DNA of 64,000 bases from Lepidodermella squamata (GCA_047495785.1 JBLDXI010000074.1:248001-312000); one strand, 5' to 3'; shown: positions 12,040 through 24,684, numbered from the stretch's first letter. A program made the numbers and translations. The notes: a model not told the origin generated them from the sequence alone.

Positions 12040-13661
12040 TAATATTTAATACCTATGGTAAATGGTAAATTTTACTAATTTTTATAATTTACCAGGTTTT
12101 ACAGATAATTTTTTATAATTTTGAAAATTTGTAAAAATTTGCAAAGCTTTATAATTTATAATGAAGAAAATCGTCATTTTACTTAGGTGAAAAATATTGA
12201 AAATTCAAGTATTAACCTTCCCATCAAATATAGGCGTCGATTTGGTAGGGCCCGGCCTGACTTGCTCGCAGGATCGGTCCATGGTTTGACGCCGGATGCG
12301 GCATTGTTGCATGAGATTGCTCCTGAGACGTCGCTTGAGGTGGCGTTGAGACGTACCAGGCTCTGATGGTACGTGGGCTTGAAGTGAGTGACCCAGCAGG
12401 TTGTAGTTGGGAACAGCCCTTGGTTGGCCCTGTGGGCTGCAGTTGGGCACAGCCATCACCTGACCATGTTGGTCAGAACCTGGGTATTTGATTCACGAGC
12501 CGATTGACTGCCCGCCATAGGCCCACTCTATCCATGGGCGTGATCGCTGGAGAAAGACGGCATCAACGGCTGTTGAAAGTTGAAAGGAACTGGACGGCTC
12601 ATTTGACCGCCCTGAATTCGCTGGCAGCTTAAAATTTATAAATTATGTTCTTGTACAACATTATTTTGATAAATTACCTGAGGATAGTTAGACATCCCAA
12701 GCGGAAGAAAAATGATTTTGATAATTCCTATAAACAAGAAATTTATTTAAGACATTTTCAAACTCAAATTGTTTGAGGAAACGACGTTTTGACGCTCTAA
12801 AAATGCTGGGCAGAACTTGAAGCTGCTGGTTAATTACTGAGAAGTAATTGACCCGCTAGTTTACGAGGCAGTCATTACGAGCAATCATTACAGCTCAATC
12901 GACCAAATGAAACGCAATGATAAAACTGGTTTAGAAATGTCAACTCCAACGGACTCAAGAGTCAACTCATCAAAAAGCAAACTTTTCGAAAAATTGAAGT
13001 TTTATTTGTGAATGAAAACAAGTCAAATGAACGAAGGCAGTGTGTTTTGCCTTATCATCAGGTTACGCAACATGTGGTGTAAATTAGTTTTCGTGACGCG
13101 TTGATGACAGATAAAATAAGGTTTTGCCGTTTTTATCCGTCGCTCGTCACGCAGACAGTAATTTTGCTGTTACATCGCATAAAAAGCCGTGACAAATGCC
13201 GTAGACATGCCGTTACGCACTTTTTGGGCGACGGGGCTGTCGGGCCTAAGGGACTTTGTGATGGCTGGAGACGGCTAGTAACAGCAGTTGACGGCTAGTG
13301 GGTCGCCGACCTGAAAAAAATCCACGGCTCATCACGGCAAAATCACGGCTAAACCCGTTACAAGCCGTTACATGCCGTAGGATTGTTAAAGGAGAGGTGT
13401 CGCAAGCCGTGATTTGGCTCAGTGTGAAGCCTGGCAATCATTTTACGAACAACACATGATCATGATTAAACAAATTATTGGGAAAATGGCAATTTTTGAT
13501 AATTTTCGTTTGGTGCTAACTATTGAAATTTCATTCCGCTACAGCCAATTTTTGTTCCGCAACAGGCAAATTTGGTTCCGCTAAAAGATATTCTGATTTT
13601 AATTTGATAAAAATTGAAAAAACTTGATAAAAATGTGATTTTATGCAATTATTTTTCAATA

Positions 13662-14126
13662 CCGTATTTACTTGAATAAAGGCCGAATTCCGAATAAAGG
13701 CCGCACGCGAATAATCGCCGCAAAATTGTGTTGTTTACAAAAAAACAATCGAAATAAAGGCCGCACGCGATTAATCAGCGCAGCTCTAACACGCGCGGCA
13801 CAGCATCATCGCGAGAGATGAAAATGTTTAATTATTATTTTTTCAATTTTCAAATATTTTTTTTCTAATGTTCTTCTGAATTTAACGAATTTGTTGCGCC
13901 TTTGCTTTTTACGCCGAAACCGATCCAAACGAAGAAGATGAAATCGAAATGGAGTGACAATAATGAAATAAACAAGTTACATTTGAAAAAAATCTTTTTT
14001 TTGGCTAAGAGAGGAAAATAAAGGCCGCACGCGAATAAAGACCGCACTCGATTAATCGCCGCGTTTTTTACCTTTTCTGAAAAATTAGGAAAATAATCGC
14101 CGCGGCCTTTATTCAAGGAAATACGG
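13662..14126. mobile_element. pogo/Tigger-like MITE
   Basis: TA|CCGTATTTACTTGAATAAAGGCCG ... CGGCCTTTATTCAAGGAAATACGG|TA; internal AATAAAGGCCGCACGCGA repeats. Confidence 0.85.
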
Positions 14127-14800
14127 TATTTGAGAAATTATCGACTGAGAGAGTCCCGACTCGAGCGAAAAATTTTCGCTGTGCTTATTTGGCTCGAATT
14201 TAATCTAGTTTCGCAATTTGAAATTAGATTTGAAATTTGAACTTTTTTCAGATCGTGTCAAATGGGTCTGACAGCGGAGCGACGCGGCTCTTCAAGCAGC
14301 TCAAGGCTAAGCTCCACAGCCATCACTGCGATGTCAATCATCAGCGGCGAGCGTTATCGGAAGAGTAGCAATGAATTTCTGTGCCAACAAAGTCCAACAA
14401 ACTTCAACAAAGCCTCAATCTATTTCTTCTGCTCCGCAATTTCAACGATTACCCATTTCGACGTCTGGTCGATTCCTATGAAGTCGAAGCAAAATCTAGT
14501 AACAACTACGTTTTGATGACTTGCCGTTTTCTCTTTTAAAACTTGTTTTTTTGATGAAATGTGATTCATTAGTGGTACGGATAAATTATACCAATAAATT
14601 CGATTGAAATGGATATGCAACGCGTCTGAAGAAAGAAAATCCGAGGCTTTTCATGATCCAAGGAAAAGGAATAAGTTAACGAGTTTATTGCATTCTTCAA
14701 TTTTTCATCAGTTTGAATAGGAAGTATAGCGCATTCAAGAGATTCAAGTACCATAGATATTCAAGAGGCACTTAATCAATAATAATGCAAAATCGAATGT

Positions 14801-15059
14801 TTAAACAAAGCCAAGGAAGCATTTTACAGCTTGGCGGCGGACGGCAAGCGTGGCATTCGCAGCAACGGGCAGGCCGTAAAATTGGCAAAGTTCATTAATC
14901 CGATGGCCGTTAGCGTTGCTAAGGCTGCTGAGGAGACGAGGCGCGGCGAATTCGAGACGATGAAGAGTTTGATTTGGCGGGTAGCGGATCGCAATCGCTT
15001 CCCCCGGGCCGGCCGTCTGCTGGTGGTCTCGGTTTTCTTTCTTCACATCCGAGAGAAGC
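14801..15059 (-). pseudogene. Orphan exon 2 of the Mug135-C-like gene (partial duplicate of 23287-23545)
   Basis: Open frame ...INELCQFYGLPVAANATLAVRRQAVKCFLGFV*. Homology to the second copy spans about 14670-15120; no exon 1 found upstream. Confidence 0.55.
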
Positions 15060-15691
15060 CTGGTAAAAGCAGGGAAAAACTCACATTATTTACTAAACTT
15101 TATAAGTACGTAAGATCTGATAATGTTGGGGCCCAAGTCAGAAACGTGCCCGAACGCGTTCGGGTATACCCGAGCCCGACTGGGTAATAGCGTTTTGCCT
15201 GTTCGCACTCTGGCTGTTTCAAATGCTGCCCGTATGCAGCGTTTACGTTAAATGGATGAAAATGAAGCAAATCCCGCATGAGTGGACACGGGTAAGAGCA
15301 GGTATCAGCCCGAGTACGGCTGAGAGAACAATAGAACGAACGGCGCATTGTTCTGCGCGCGGTCATACTTTTATACTTCTCCGGGCTTGGGCACCGTTGA
15401 TGCCCGAGTTCGACTATCGACTACAATAATAGCAGGGCGCGCCATGCTAATAAACATTTTTAAAGAAAAGGCAGCAATTTTAGTGAACCAAGGCAGCAAA
15501 GAAACAATCGCATTATTTTTATTTTCCAGTTGTTAAGTGTTAGATTCGGCTTTATTCGGCTGAATAATTCAATAGATAATAAGTTGATTAAAATAGATAG
15601 TGCATAAAGAAGGCAAAATTTGGTACTGTGATTCACGCGCTTATTGTTCGATATTTGTCCCACAGAAATTTGGTGAAAGTATTTTCAGCCA

Positions 15692-16726
15692 TCAAGTCCC
15701 AATAAGTTCTGCTTGCAATCTGGGCCGGAAGAGATTCAAAATAAACTCCGAGCAATTCGGGCAGCAGCGATTTCCTCGACGCATAATTTCACAAATGCAA
15801 GAGAAATGAAACGAATGGTTGCATGTTGCCTGTGCCCAATCTTCAACGCGAATATCGGTCTTACAAATTTCGCAAATGCCAACTGATGCGTGAGCTTCTT
15901 TCATAATGTAGTCGATGGCTTCAGCCGCTCTCTTCTTTGCGCCCATCAATGGAGCGCCGATCATCTGGAAATATCGAAGCAAGATGTACTCCATCAATTC
16001 AACGAAGCTTATCGGCGCGGGGCCAAACTTGGTTTCACATTTGTTGATGAAGTTGTTCAGCTCATTCAGACAATTTTTACGATAATGCTCATTCTTCTTC
16101 GCATATTTTCCTAATCCATTCTCGGTTAGGATCACCCGATTGCCAATTTTATCGAAAAACTGCTGCATTTCCGAATCATCTGCTCATAACGGGATTGAAA
16201 AATGAACAGAGGCTTTGAAAGCTTCAAGCATACCCTTTAGCCAGTTTTTCATAGATTCCTCCTGCGAATCGTCCATACCCTTTTTGTAATGCGTAGCGAC
16301 AACTATGCAGTTGGAGGCCCATCGAGAATCGAACATCTTCGAGATGAGAGCTAAATTCGCTCGTTCTTCACTTGAAACGCGGCCAAATTGCATCACGATG
16401 ATGATGCCATGCAATCCCAATTTCGCCCTTCTTATGAACTTGGTCAAGTTAAATTTCAGTTCAGTATTTGAAGAGCCGCTATCCCCGAAACCAACTGTAT
16501 CAGCAAAGAGCGTGTTCATCTTTGAATTGACAATCCAGCTTTGCTGTTTGGTCACTGAATTTACGGTGCAGTCGATTGGACATGGCGACTTGCATGCTTC
16601 CACACTGAAGTCCTGATTTTGCAGCATGTTAACTATTGTTGATTTACCTTTGCCCGTAGTTCCAACGACAATAATAATTCGCCGTACTGCAACATCAGCA
16701 TTGGTTTCGGGAATGGGATGAGACAT
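15692..16726 (-). CDS. AIG1/GIMAP-type GTPase fused to RING-H2 finger, gene A (326 aa; exons 16726-16234, 16179-15692)
   Basis: G1 GTTGKGKS, G2 SVT, G3 DTVG, GIMAP-like box GLHGIIIVMQFGRVSSEE, G4 THY. A 54-nt GT-AG intron joins in frame to CEIC...CNHSFHFSC...CPNC. Confidence 0.85.
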
Positions 16727-17191
16727 CTCTTGGGTGATGTAGCTTCTAAATCAATAGAAACATTCAATTCAAATAGTAATCTAGGAGCTATAACAGTGTG
16801 ATAAAGAAAACAAATGATTAAGCAAAAGTTTCCGTGTGACTTTCGAACTTTGGATTCTCACGTATTGTCAAGTAGGCACGCGATCTGCCAACACAGACGT
16901 ATAGGCGCGTAGATGATTTTCGGCGCGTGTGAAACCTATTTTCGCGCCCTGACACACTGCTCACATTTTGCAGCCAGCCATAATTGTCTGAAACAAGCTT
17001 GAAATAATGTCGCCCATGATACTTCGAAACGTTTGCTCGGTTAGCAAAGCTCATTAATTACTTTCCTGGTTTGCTTGTTTCACGGTTCCCATATGTTTAA
17101 ATTGCTCACTTTAATTGATGCTTCGCAATTAGATATCGCAATTAGTGGCTCATTCTAGGGTGTTTATTTAGCAGGGTTTGGTCGCTGCTGG

Positions 17192-17543
17192 GAGCGGTGA
17201 TTAACAAAAAATGGGGCTTGTAAGCAGCCGTCCAAGTGGCGAAATTATGAAGAAATCGAAGAGGCTGATACTGTCTACAGGATCACGATGGTTCTAGTCC
17301 TTATGAATTGAATTACATTTTTTAGCTGAAATAGATTTTATCGCATTTTCTGCTTTGAAAAAACTAATCAACGCTATACAACAATAATGACGGATTCAGA
17401 TGGACTCTCGAAACCATCGGGCTCCTGTAGACAGTATCAGCCTCTTCGACCACTACGCCACGATGATGGCTCATAATTTCGCCACTTGGACGGCTGCTTA
17501 CAGCTTCACCGAAAAAGCCCAATTTTTTGTTAACCACCGGCTC
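17192..17543. mobile_element. MITE/foldback element between the divergent GTPase-RING genes
   Basis: TAAGCAGCCGTCCAAGTGGCGAAATTATGA and GAAGAGGCTGATACTGTCTACAGGA recur as reverse complements at 17430-17500. Confidence 0.8.
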
Positions 17544-18072
17544 TTTGCTCTCGTAAAGTGTGAACAAACATTTTTTTGCCTCGCTTCGCGCGGACAGCAT
17601 TTTCCTCATCAGATTTCTCTCCCGAACCCCATTCTAACGGAAAGTTGTGGAAAGTTCACCCCAGGCTAGATCTATCGATTGGCGAAAACCGCATTGAAGA
17701 ATTCCTCATGGTTACGAAGTTATTAAAAAAAACTCGAGGCAAAAAAAAGTTTGCGCATACTTTATTTTGAAAATTAATTCAAAATATAGCTATACTCTAT
17801 ACGATGCAAGCTTCTATTCGAAAGTTGCGAAGGCAGTTTTATTTGATTCTATTTTTTTTAAACTTGCTGGCCCTACCAACCCAAAACTTTAGCACGCGGC
17901 AATTCACGAATTACAATAAGCGTATAGACGTGCAATTAATATGGCGCCCTGCCTTGTTATCCGGGCACTATCCTGTATTTTGAATGATTATTGACCTCGA
18001 GGCTCTGCATACGAGACTGCCTTCTATTTAGGTTCTGCCTTCTGATACGGTATATATAATTAAGGAACTCTC

Positions 18073-19133
18073 ATGGATGTGGTCCAAGATGTTCCAATCA
18101 AGAAAGTCATCTACACAATGGGGAGAACTGGGACCGGAAAGTCATTGATTGCTAATATGCTGTACAACAACGACTACTCAGTTATAGCATGCTCACAGCC
18201 TTGCGCAATCGGCAATACAGCAAACTCCGTTACCAAACAATGCCGATGGATCTTTGACCCAAAACGAGGCTACTTGTTCGCCGATACCGTTGGCCTTGGT
18301 GACCCTGTGAAGAAGCCCGAGGATGTTTCAAAGGAGCTGAAAAAAATGCTTCGAACAGCCGAGCTTGGCGTGCATTGTATCTTCTTTGTCGTCAAGTTCG
18401 GCAGGCTTACAGACGAGGAGATCAAAAATTTTGAAATCTTGCCGCTCATTTTTGACAGCACGTGGGCTGATCGTTGCGTGTTGGTGGTCACTCATTATGA
18501 AGGCGAATTGGCGGATATAGATGGCGTAGATTTAAAGCTAGCAAAGTGGGCTGGTGGAGAGAAACGTATGCTGTGGTTTCTCCAGAAAATCAAACGCCGA
18601 GTAATATTCACAGATAATTCAATCGATGGTGACTGCGAGGAGGAAAGCCGGTTTGTTATTTGTAGAAATGTTCGTTAAAATCTTGCATTGAAACTGATGT
18701 ACGCAGTCCGGATCGGCGCGACTGTCTCAATCAACTGAACGCATTCATAGATGATGCCGATTCGGTCACGCGCGCTGCAAGTCATGGCATTTTCGAGTAC
18801 GCGGCCCGTATCAAATACTTAATCGAGAACATATTAATAAAGTTTGGCGTGATGAATGAACGTCAACAACTTATTAATAAGATGCTACCGCAGCTGTTGA
18901 AGTCTGGCTGCAGCGTTGGCACGGCAGAAGACTGCGCAATTTGCCTCGAAGAGGTCGACGTGCGGAATATGTGTCGAACGTCATGCAACCACTTTTTCCA
19001 CTATGAGTGCCTGCGCAGGGTGGTCGATAACTGTGATGGTACCTGCCCCATATGCCGCTCGCCGGTGACAATCATCACTCGCCCTCTGTTACGCGATGAG
19101 CAGATGGTAGTAGATTCCAAGACTGCCGCTTGA
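18073..19133 (+). CDS. AIG1/GIMAP-type GTPase fused to RING-H2 finger, gene B (334 aa; exons 18073-18650, 18707-19133)
   Basis: G1 GRTGTGKS, SVT, DTVG, GVHCIFFVVKFGRLTDEE, THY, TDN. A 56-nt GT-AG intron joins in frame via RRDCLNQLNAFID (matches RKNCLNELNNFIN of gene A) to CAIC...CNHFFHYEC...CPIC. Confidence 0.87.
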
Positions 19134-19865
19134 TCATTTCAGATGGTACACGAGGGATCGAATGGCAATGCTCGTTAACTGTGTAGCAAGTGATGGTCCG
19201 CTAATTTCTTTCATTTATTCTTGCATTTTATTTTATTCCAATTTTTCAATTGGTAATCATCACGTGAACGTCTCTGGATCGATTTACTTTGAAATGATTG
19301 AACTCTGACGAGAAATATATCAAACTACTACTAATGTATATATCAAAGCTAGTCAAATGAAAGTAAATAATGTATGACTTGCACACACTTTTTCTGAAGT
19401 AGTTGTATCCGAAGTATCATAGTCGTTATTTTACGAAGTTCAGATTTTGATATGGGCGGACATGAGGCATTTTGCATACTTATACATACAGCGTGCGTGT
19501 ATTCGAGACAATCGACAAAGTCTTGAACTAGGTGAAAAATGTCGGGTGAAAATCTATATTCAGATGAGTAAGAACCGACAGCGCGCCCATTGGGCATTGA
19601 TTAGAATCGGCTGTCAAAACAAAGAAAACCTCGACGGTAACTGGTTCGGTAATTTTTGGTATTTTACCCGGTTGGACCAAAATTTTCCGGAATATTTTAA
19701 TCACATTACCAAGTGACATACCTTTAATATTGTTCTCGTGATTTTCATAATTTTTCTAAAAACTTTCTGGCCATGTCAAATGAAAAAGTTCAGAAAATTT
19801 AAAAAAATCGTCTCTCATTTTAGAGCTTCTGAACCGTGTATTTTCTTTGCTTGCGTACTTTATGT

Positions 19866-21697
19866 CAGTGGTTCTCAAACCCTGGCACGTGTGCCAATCG
19901 TGGCACTCCAAGAAAAATAATCGGCGGAGGGTTTTAACTTCGTGTGCTATATGACGTGCTTCAAGAAGTAAGGCTAACCGTTTTTGAAAGGTATTTGGGC
20001 GTATTTTTGTGAAAAATGCCTACAAATTTCCTCGCTTCGCTCGTTTAGTTTGTCCCAATATATCTTACTCAACGTTCACAAATGCGTCACGCAGTGTGCG
20101 ACTTTCAAAGAGGAATTCCTTAAGGCTCGGATAAACGGGCAAACATGTTTGCCAAACATTGGCTTCAAACATTGTTTGCCAAACATTGCATTTACACGTT
20201 CAAACTTCTTGTTCAAACATTGTCAAGACCGACAAGGCTTTCAAACATGTTTGACCGTTTAAATACTCGTGAATTTTGAAAGAAAATGTTTGAAAAGTTT
20301 GTTGAAAATGACTTCAAACAAAATCACTTGGTCGAGCGATTTTGTTTGACAAACATACAAACATTTGGCGCTGTGGCTGCAGCGGAGGTGCCAGCCGGAA
20401 CGGCATCTGCGGAAGCTTTGCATGCGCTTCTTCAAAAATGGATAAAATATGATCACATTGATTCATAAATTGCTAGGGTCACGCGGCAACGAAAAAAATC
20501 GAATCAGTGCGGTCGAAAATGTAGAAGCATTCTACCAGTTTATGTCATGTTTCTCCTAATTTGCATAAATTAAACAGATTATCTTAATGATTTACATAAA
20601 TTATGCATAAATTATGCAAATTATGCAACTTGCATACATTATGCGTGATGATTTGCATACATTTTGCTAGTTTTCTTGCAAACACTGTTTGAGCGTGTAA
20701 ATGAAAGTTTGGCAAACTGATGTTTGAAGCTTCGAGAAGTGACCTTTCACCTTTTCCAATGTTTGACAAGCAAGTTTGATCGTCTAAAAGCATTTCAAAC
20801 ATTTTCATCAAACATCGATGTTTGAAGTAAAAGTTTGACAAACTGTTTGCCCGTTTATCCGAGCCTTTTACCTTAAACTCGGTTAAACAGGACAAGAAAA
20901 CCACGATTACGCTTGCTGTTTCGTCAATTTTTAGAGGTTTTGGAGCATGTTTAGTGTTTAGTAGGAAATCTTCAAAGTTTCCCTCTCTTCGCTCGATTCT
21001 TGTTTGAAATCACTAGAGGGTAATTCATAGACAACACTGTAACAGATAGGACACCAACGATATTTCCATAGTGAATTTATTCGAGCTGAATTTGCAAAGA
21101 GTGCGGCACGCGACCACTTTTTATGCCACCTAACGCCCTATCCGCCCATTGTAATTTTAATTAATTTCAAAAATTAAAAAAGCCGCAGGTACCTTTTTCG
21201 AAAATTTTGATTTTCTGCTCGTAAATACTAGAAGCGGCCCTCTATCTAATAATACCAGGTACACTTTGTGGTCCCTTATTTCGATTTCCGATTTTTTTCC
21301 GGCTGTGCATATTGGACTTTTAATTCTCTCACAGCGCTATCTAGTTCAGAAATATTCTGGCAAATAATAATTTTTCGAGCCAGGAAAAATCGGAAAATAG
21401 AAATAAATTATTTACCCTACAAATTTTATATCATTGGATAGAGGAATTTTTCAGTATGGATAAACTAATTTTTCAGAATTTGCAAAAATTTTTCGAAAGA
21501 GCCAATCGTGGCAGAAGAAGGGCAATTTCGCCCAAAATCTCTCGAAAAAATCGTCTTTATCAAAGACATTCTCAATTTTGCAACACAGGCTGGAATTAGG
21601 TTTTCTAGGCAATTGATGAAAATTCTTGGAATGGCACACGAGATACTCGACGTGCCACTTTTTCATGCACAGCTTCGAAAAGGTTTGAGAACCACTT
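19866..21697. mobile_element. Non-autonomous hAT (Buster/Charlie-like) element
   Basis: TIR CAGTGGTTCTCAAACC ... GGTTTGAGAACCACTT; exact 8-bp TSD CTTTATGT with central TA. Confidence 0.9.
20124..20865. mobile_element. PIF/Harbinger-like MITE nested in the hAT element
   Basis: TAA|GGCTCGGATAAACGGGCAAACA ... TGTTTGCCCGTTTATCCGAGCC; CAAACA/TGTTTG internal repeats. Confidence 0.8.
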
Positions 21698-23286
21698 CTT
21701 TATGTAAAGAAACAAATCCGACGCTTTTTCATATACCCAGACGGAAATTTAAGACCAAAATCTCGGCTTAATGTTTCGGCTGTTTATTTGATACCCCCAA
21801 ACTGTCCAAAAGTTTTACTCGAAAATTCGGCCAAATGGTCGAACGTTAAATTTGGGCCAATTTTTTCACCAAAAGTCTTTCTGAAATTGTCAAATTTCGG
21901 TGTAGTCGATGGGTGAAAATTTCGGCGAAACTGCTATCCGAGTTAATTGATGGGCCAAATCTATCATGCATTAGTTCCGATACTTATATGCTGGGGGTTT
22001 TACTCCATCGGCCGGCTTCATGTTGCTCAGTTCTTTTAGTCATCTCAGATCCCATCAGCTTCTCAATTACATCGTATTTTCAATTTTAATTTTATTATCA
22101 ATTTTTCATTTTAACATCACTATATAAATGCCTGCTTAGGTATGAACGCAGGTCATGTCGAACTTGGTACTTATTTTTTCCGAAGCGCCGAAAAGATACC
22201 GTCAATATTTCAATAGGCTTTGAGGTTTATATAGGAAAAATAACTTTCACTTTTGAGACCCAAAAAAATCAAATGAGAACTCTACTAGAGAAATTTGTCA
22301 TTCCGATCTCTGCTGTGACGTGTGTGACGCAACACAGCTTTGAGTTGCACAACAATCGCGCGGAATGAGGGCATTTCTCATTACGACTTTTTTCACTCTC
22401 ATTTTAGATTGATTTTATTGCGATTCTGAATTGGGTTCTTCGCAAGAATAAGCCTGACACTAAATTCAAGAGCAATTTCATCCGATCTTAAAATTGATAA
22501 AACGCGAAAATTTCCCGCTAGTGAGATTTTTTACTATTCCTTTCGGGGCTGAAATCAAACGAAAAGTGATGGTCATGCACCCATGAATCGAATCGAAATC
22601 ATTTAGTTTAACTTGGTTAATTTCATACCGTAGAAAAACAGATGAGCTATAAATTCTTCCTGCTGTGTCGCGAAAGTGAGGAAAGAAAGTCAATCCCTAA
22701 TCCCTCGAAAAGAAGTGTTTCACAGCCTTAATAAATATTGAAACTACTGCTGCCGGCTATATATGTAAGACAATATAATTCTTAATATTAAATTCCAATC
22801 CATGCCGAAACTGTCAGCGAACTGTGGAGAAATAGCTACGGTCGACAACTCGACAGTTAATTACAACGAAAATCAGTTCGCCTAAACTTACTCGCTCAAA
22901 TAATCGATAAATAGTTTTCAGCATAAGATTTCGTTAAGCTTTTTGTCCAACAGGTGAAAACTCAATTTTTGCTGAAAATCGTCAATGAAACCATGGTAGA
23001 AATTCTTAAAAGTGAAGTTGCCAAAAATTAACGCTAAATTTGAAGAATTTTATGGGGGAAATCTCACACCGAAAAATTTGGCCGAAGATTTGGTCCTAAC
23101 GCCCTCTTGGCCACACGAATTTCCGTCTGGGATATATAATCCATGGCGGAAGAAAGGTAAAATACCTTGAAAATGTTAACGAGTTTATTTCACATCTCAT
23201 TGTTTAATTTTCTTTTTAAATAAGAAGCGAGACGTAAATTAGATATTCAAGAGGCATTTAATCAATAATAATGTAAAATCGAATGT

Positions 23287-23986
23287 TTAAATAAAACCGA
23301 GGAAGCTTTTTACAGCTTGGCGGCGGACGGCGAGCGTGGCATTCGCGGCAACGGGCAGGCCATAAAATTGGCAGAGTTCATTAATCCGATAGCCGTTGGC
23401 GTTGTTAAGGCGGCTGAGGAGACGAGGCGCGGCGAATTCGAGACGATGAAGAGTTCGGTTTGGCGGGTAGCGGATCGCAATCGCTTCACCCGGGCGGGCC
23501 GTCTGTTGATGACGGTAGTTCGCCTTCTGCACATTCAAGAGAAGCCTGGTAACATCGGAGAACAAAATCACATTATTTACTAAACCTTAAAAGTACGTAA
23601 AATCTGACAAATTTTAAATTAAAAATTAAAAAAAAACGAAAAGACGCTACAAAAACTGTTCACGTTAATTTTTAAGTAAGAAAATTTAAAATCCAAAATC
23701 CGAAAAAAATAAAATTTGGTAAATTTATGATTGGTGTTTAATTTCGAATTTCAAGCTTTCGAATTTCAAAATTTCGAAAATGCTGAAGCCTGTGGCGATT
23801 TTCGGAGCCTAGTTTCCAACATCAATAATCTCACCTTTCGTACTCCATTTCGTTGGCCCGTTCTTGGCCCGCTCGAATCTCCTCCACTGTGGCCATAACG
23901 TTTCCTAAAGCCGCCAGCACCTGATCTTGGTTGGCGGCGGGCGCTCCGGCGTTGCCAGCGAAAACGACTGCCTGCCGTGCGGCCAT
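23287..23986 (-). CDS. Small two-exon protein with Mug135-like C-terminal motif (136 aa; exons 23986-23835, 23545-23287)
   Basis: Exon 1 MAARQAVVFAGNAGAPAANQDQVLAALGNVMATVEEIRAGQERANEMEYE splices (GT-AG, phase 2) in frame to RLLLNVQKANYR...INELCQFYGLPVAANATLAVRRQAVKSFLGFI*. Confidence 0.7.
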
Positions 23987-24281
23987 GTAATTTCGTTGAT
24001 GACAGGCGTTGATGAGTCACGGCGAGGGGATGCCGGCTGCAGTTCAAATAAAAGCAATGAAGAATTATGTTGAAATTATGAGTGCGAATCAAGCGTGTTG
24101 ATTGATGCGAATGAATGCTGAGTGAATGATTGCGTACCTGCAGCAAATTGCTGCATTGTCTGAGTCACTGACGCGAGCCAATCAGCTTTCGACAAATTTC
24201 ATCTAGAAAATTATTAAGGCGCATTTTTTATTTACTTATTTATCATTCCTTTTTGAATAATATTGTGTGTGCGTGCATTAC

Positions 24282-24684
24282 GGTTGTACGACTTTTCTTT
24301 TCAGCAGTGACTTTTCCTCGGTGACAAATGAGCAATGACATTTGAGCTGCGACATTTGCGCAGTGACAATTCATCCAGTGACAAGTCAGCAGAGATTTTT
24401 GTTAATTTATATATTTTTCCAAATTTATTATTTTTATCTCGTTGACATTTGTGCAGTGACATTTCAGCAGAGACATTTCATCAGTAGAACTTCAGCCTTG
24501 TTCAGCAGGTGGAATATTCGCTGCATTAAAGTTGAGTTCAAAAAGTGCAAGTTCAATGCCCGAGATTTATAAATGAAAATTGCCGAATTGTCACTTGCTT
24601 ATTTTTCACTGATGAAAATTGAAAATTCACCGCTCAATAGTCACTGGTAATCTGTCGCTGCTGAAATGTCACTGCTCACTTGTC
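24282..24684. mobile_element. Foldback-like element made of about 14-15 nt CAGTGACATTT units
   Basis: Tandem GCAGTGACA units on the left and inverted TGTCACTG units on the right. Confidence 0.5.

Larger units (their letters stand above)
9919..12695 (-). pseudogene. Decayed spliced Gln/Pro/Gly-rich gene inside the large TIR element
   Basis: Putative exons 12695-12678 (MSNYPQ|gt), 12627-12217 (Q/P-rich, with stops) and 10118-9919 (ends RSSRRGGRGGGGSGLGAGRGQGGSGVST*), with GT-AG borders. Confidence 0.4.
9060..14145. mobile_element. Large non-autonomous TIR element with subterminal repeats and nested insertions (ends approximate)
   Basis: CTTTTACCGGAACTAAAATTGCCTGTTGCGGAAC (about 9138-9171) is the near reverse complement of about 13554-13587. 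CACGG/CCGTTAC-rich subterminal arrays at 9260-9600 and 13070-13420. Confidence 0.55.

Noticed and set aside
14250-14520. GC-richer exon-like segment after a ttttcag acceptor
   Set aside because: No recognisable domain and no partner exons; cannot support a call.
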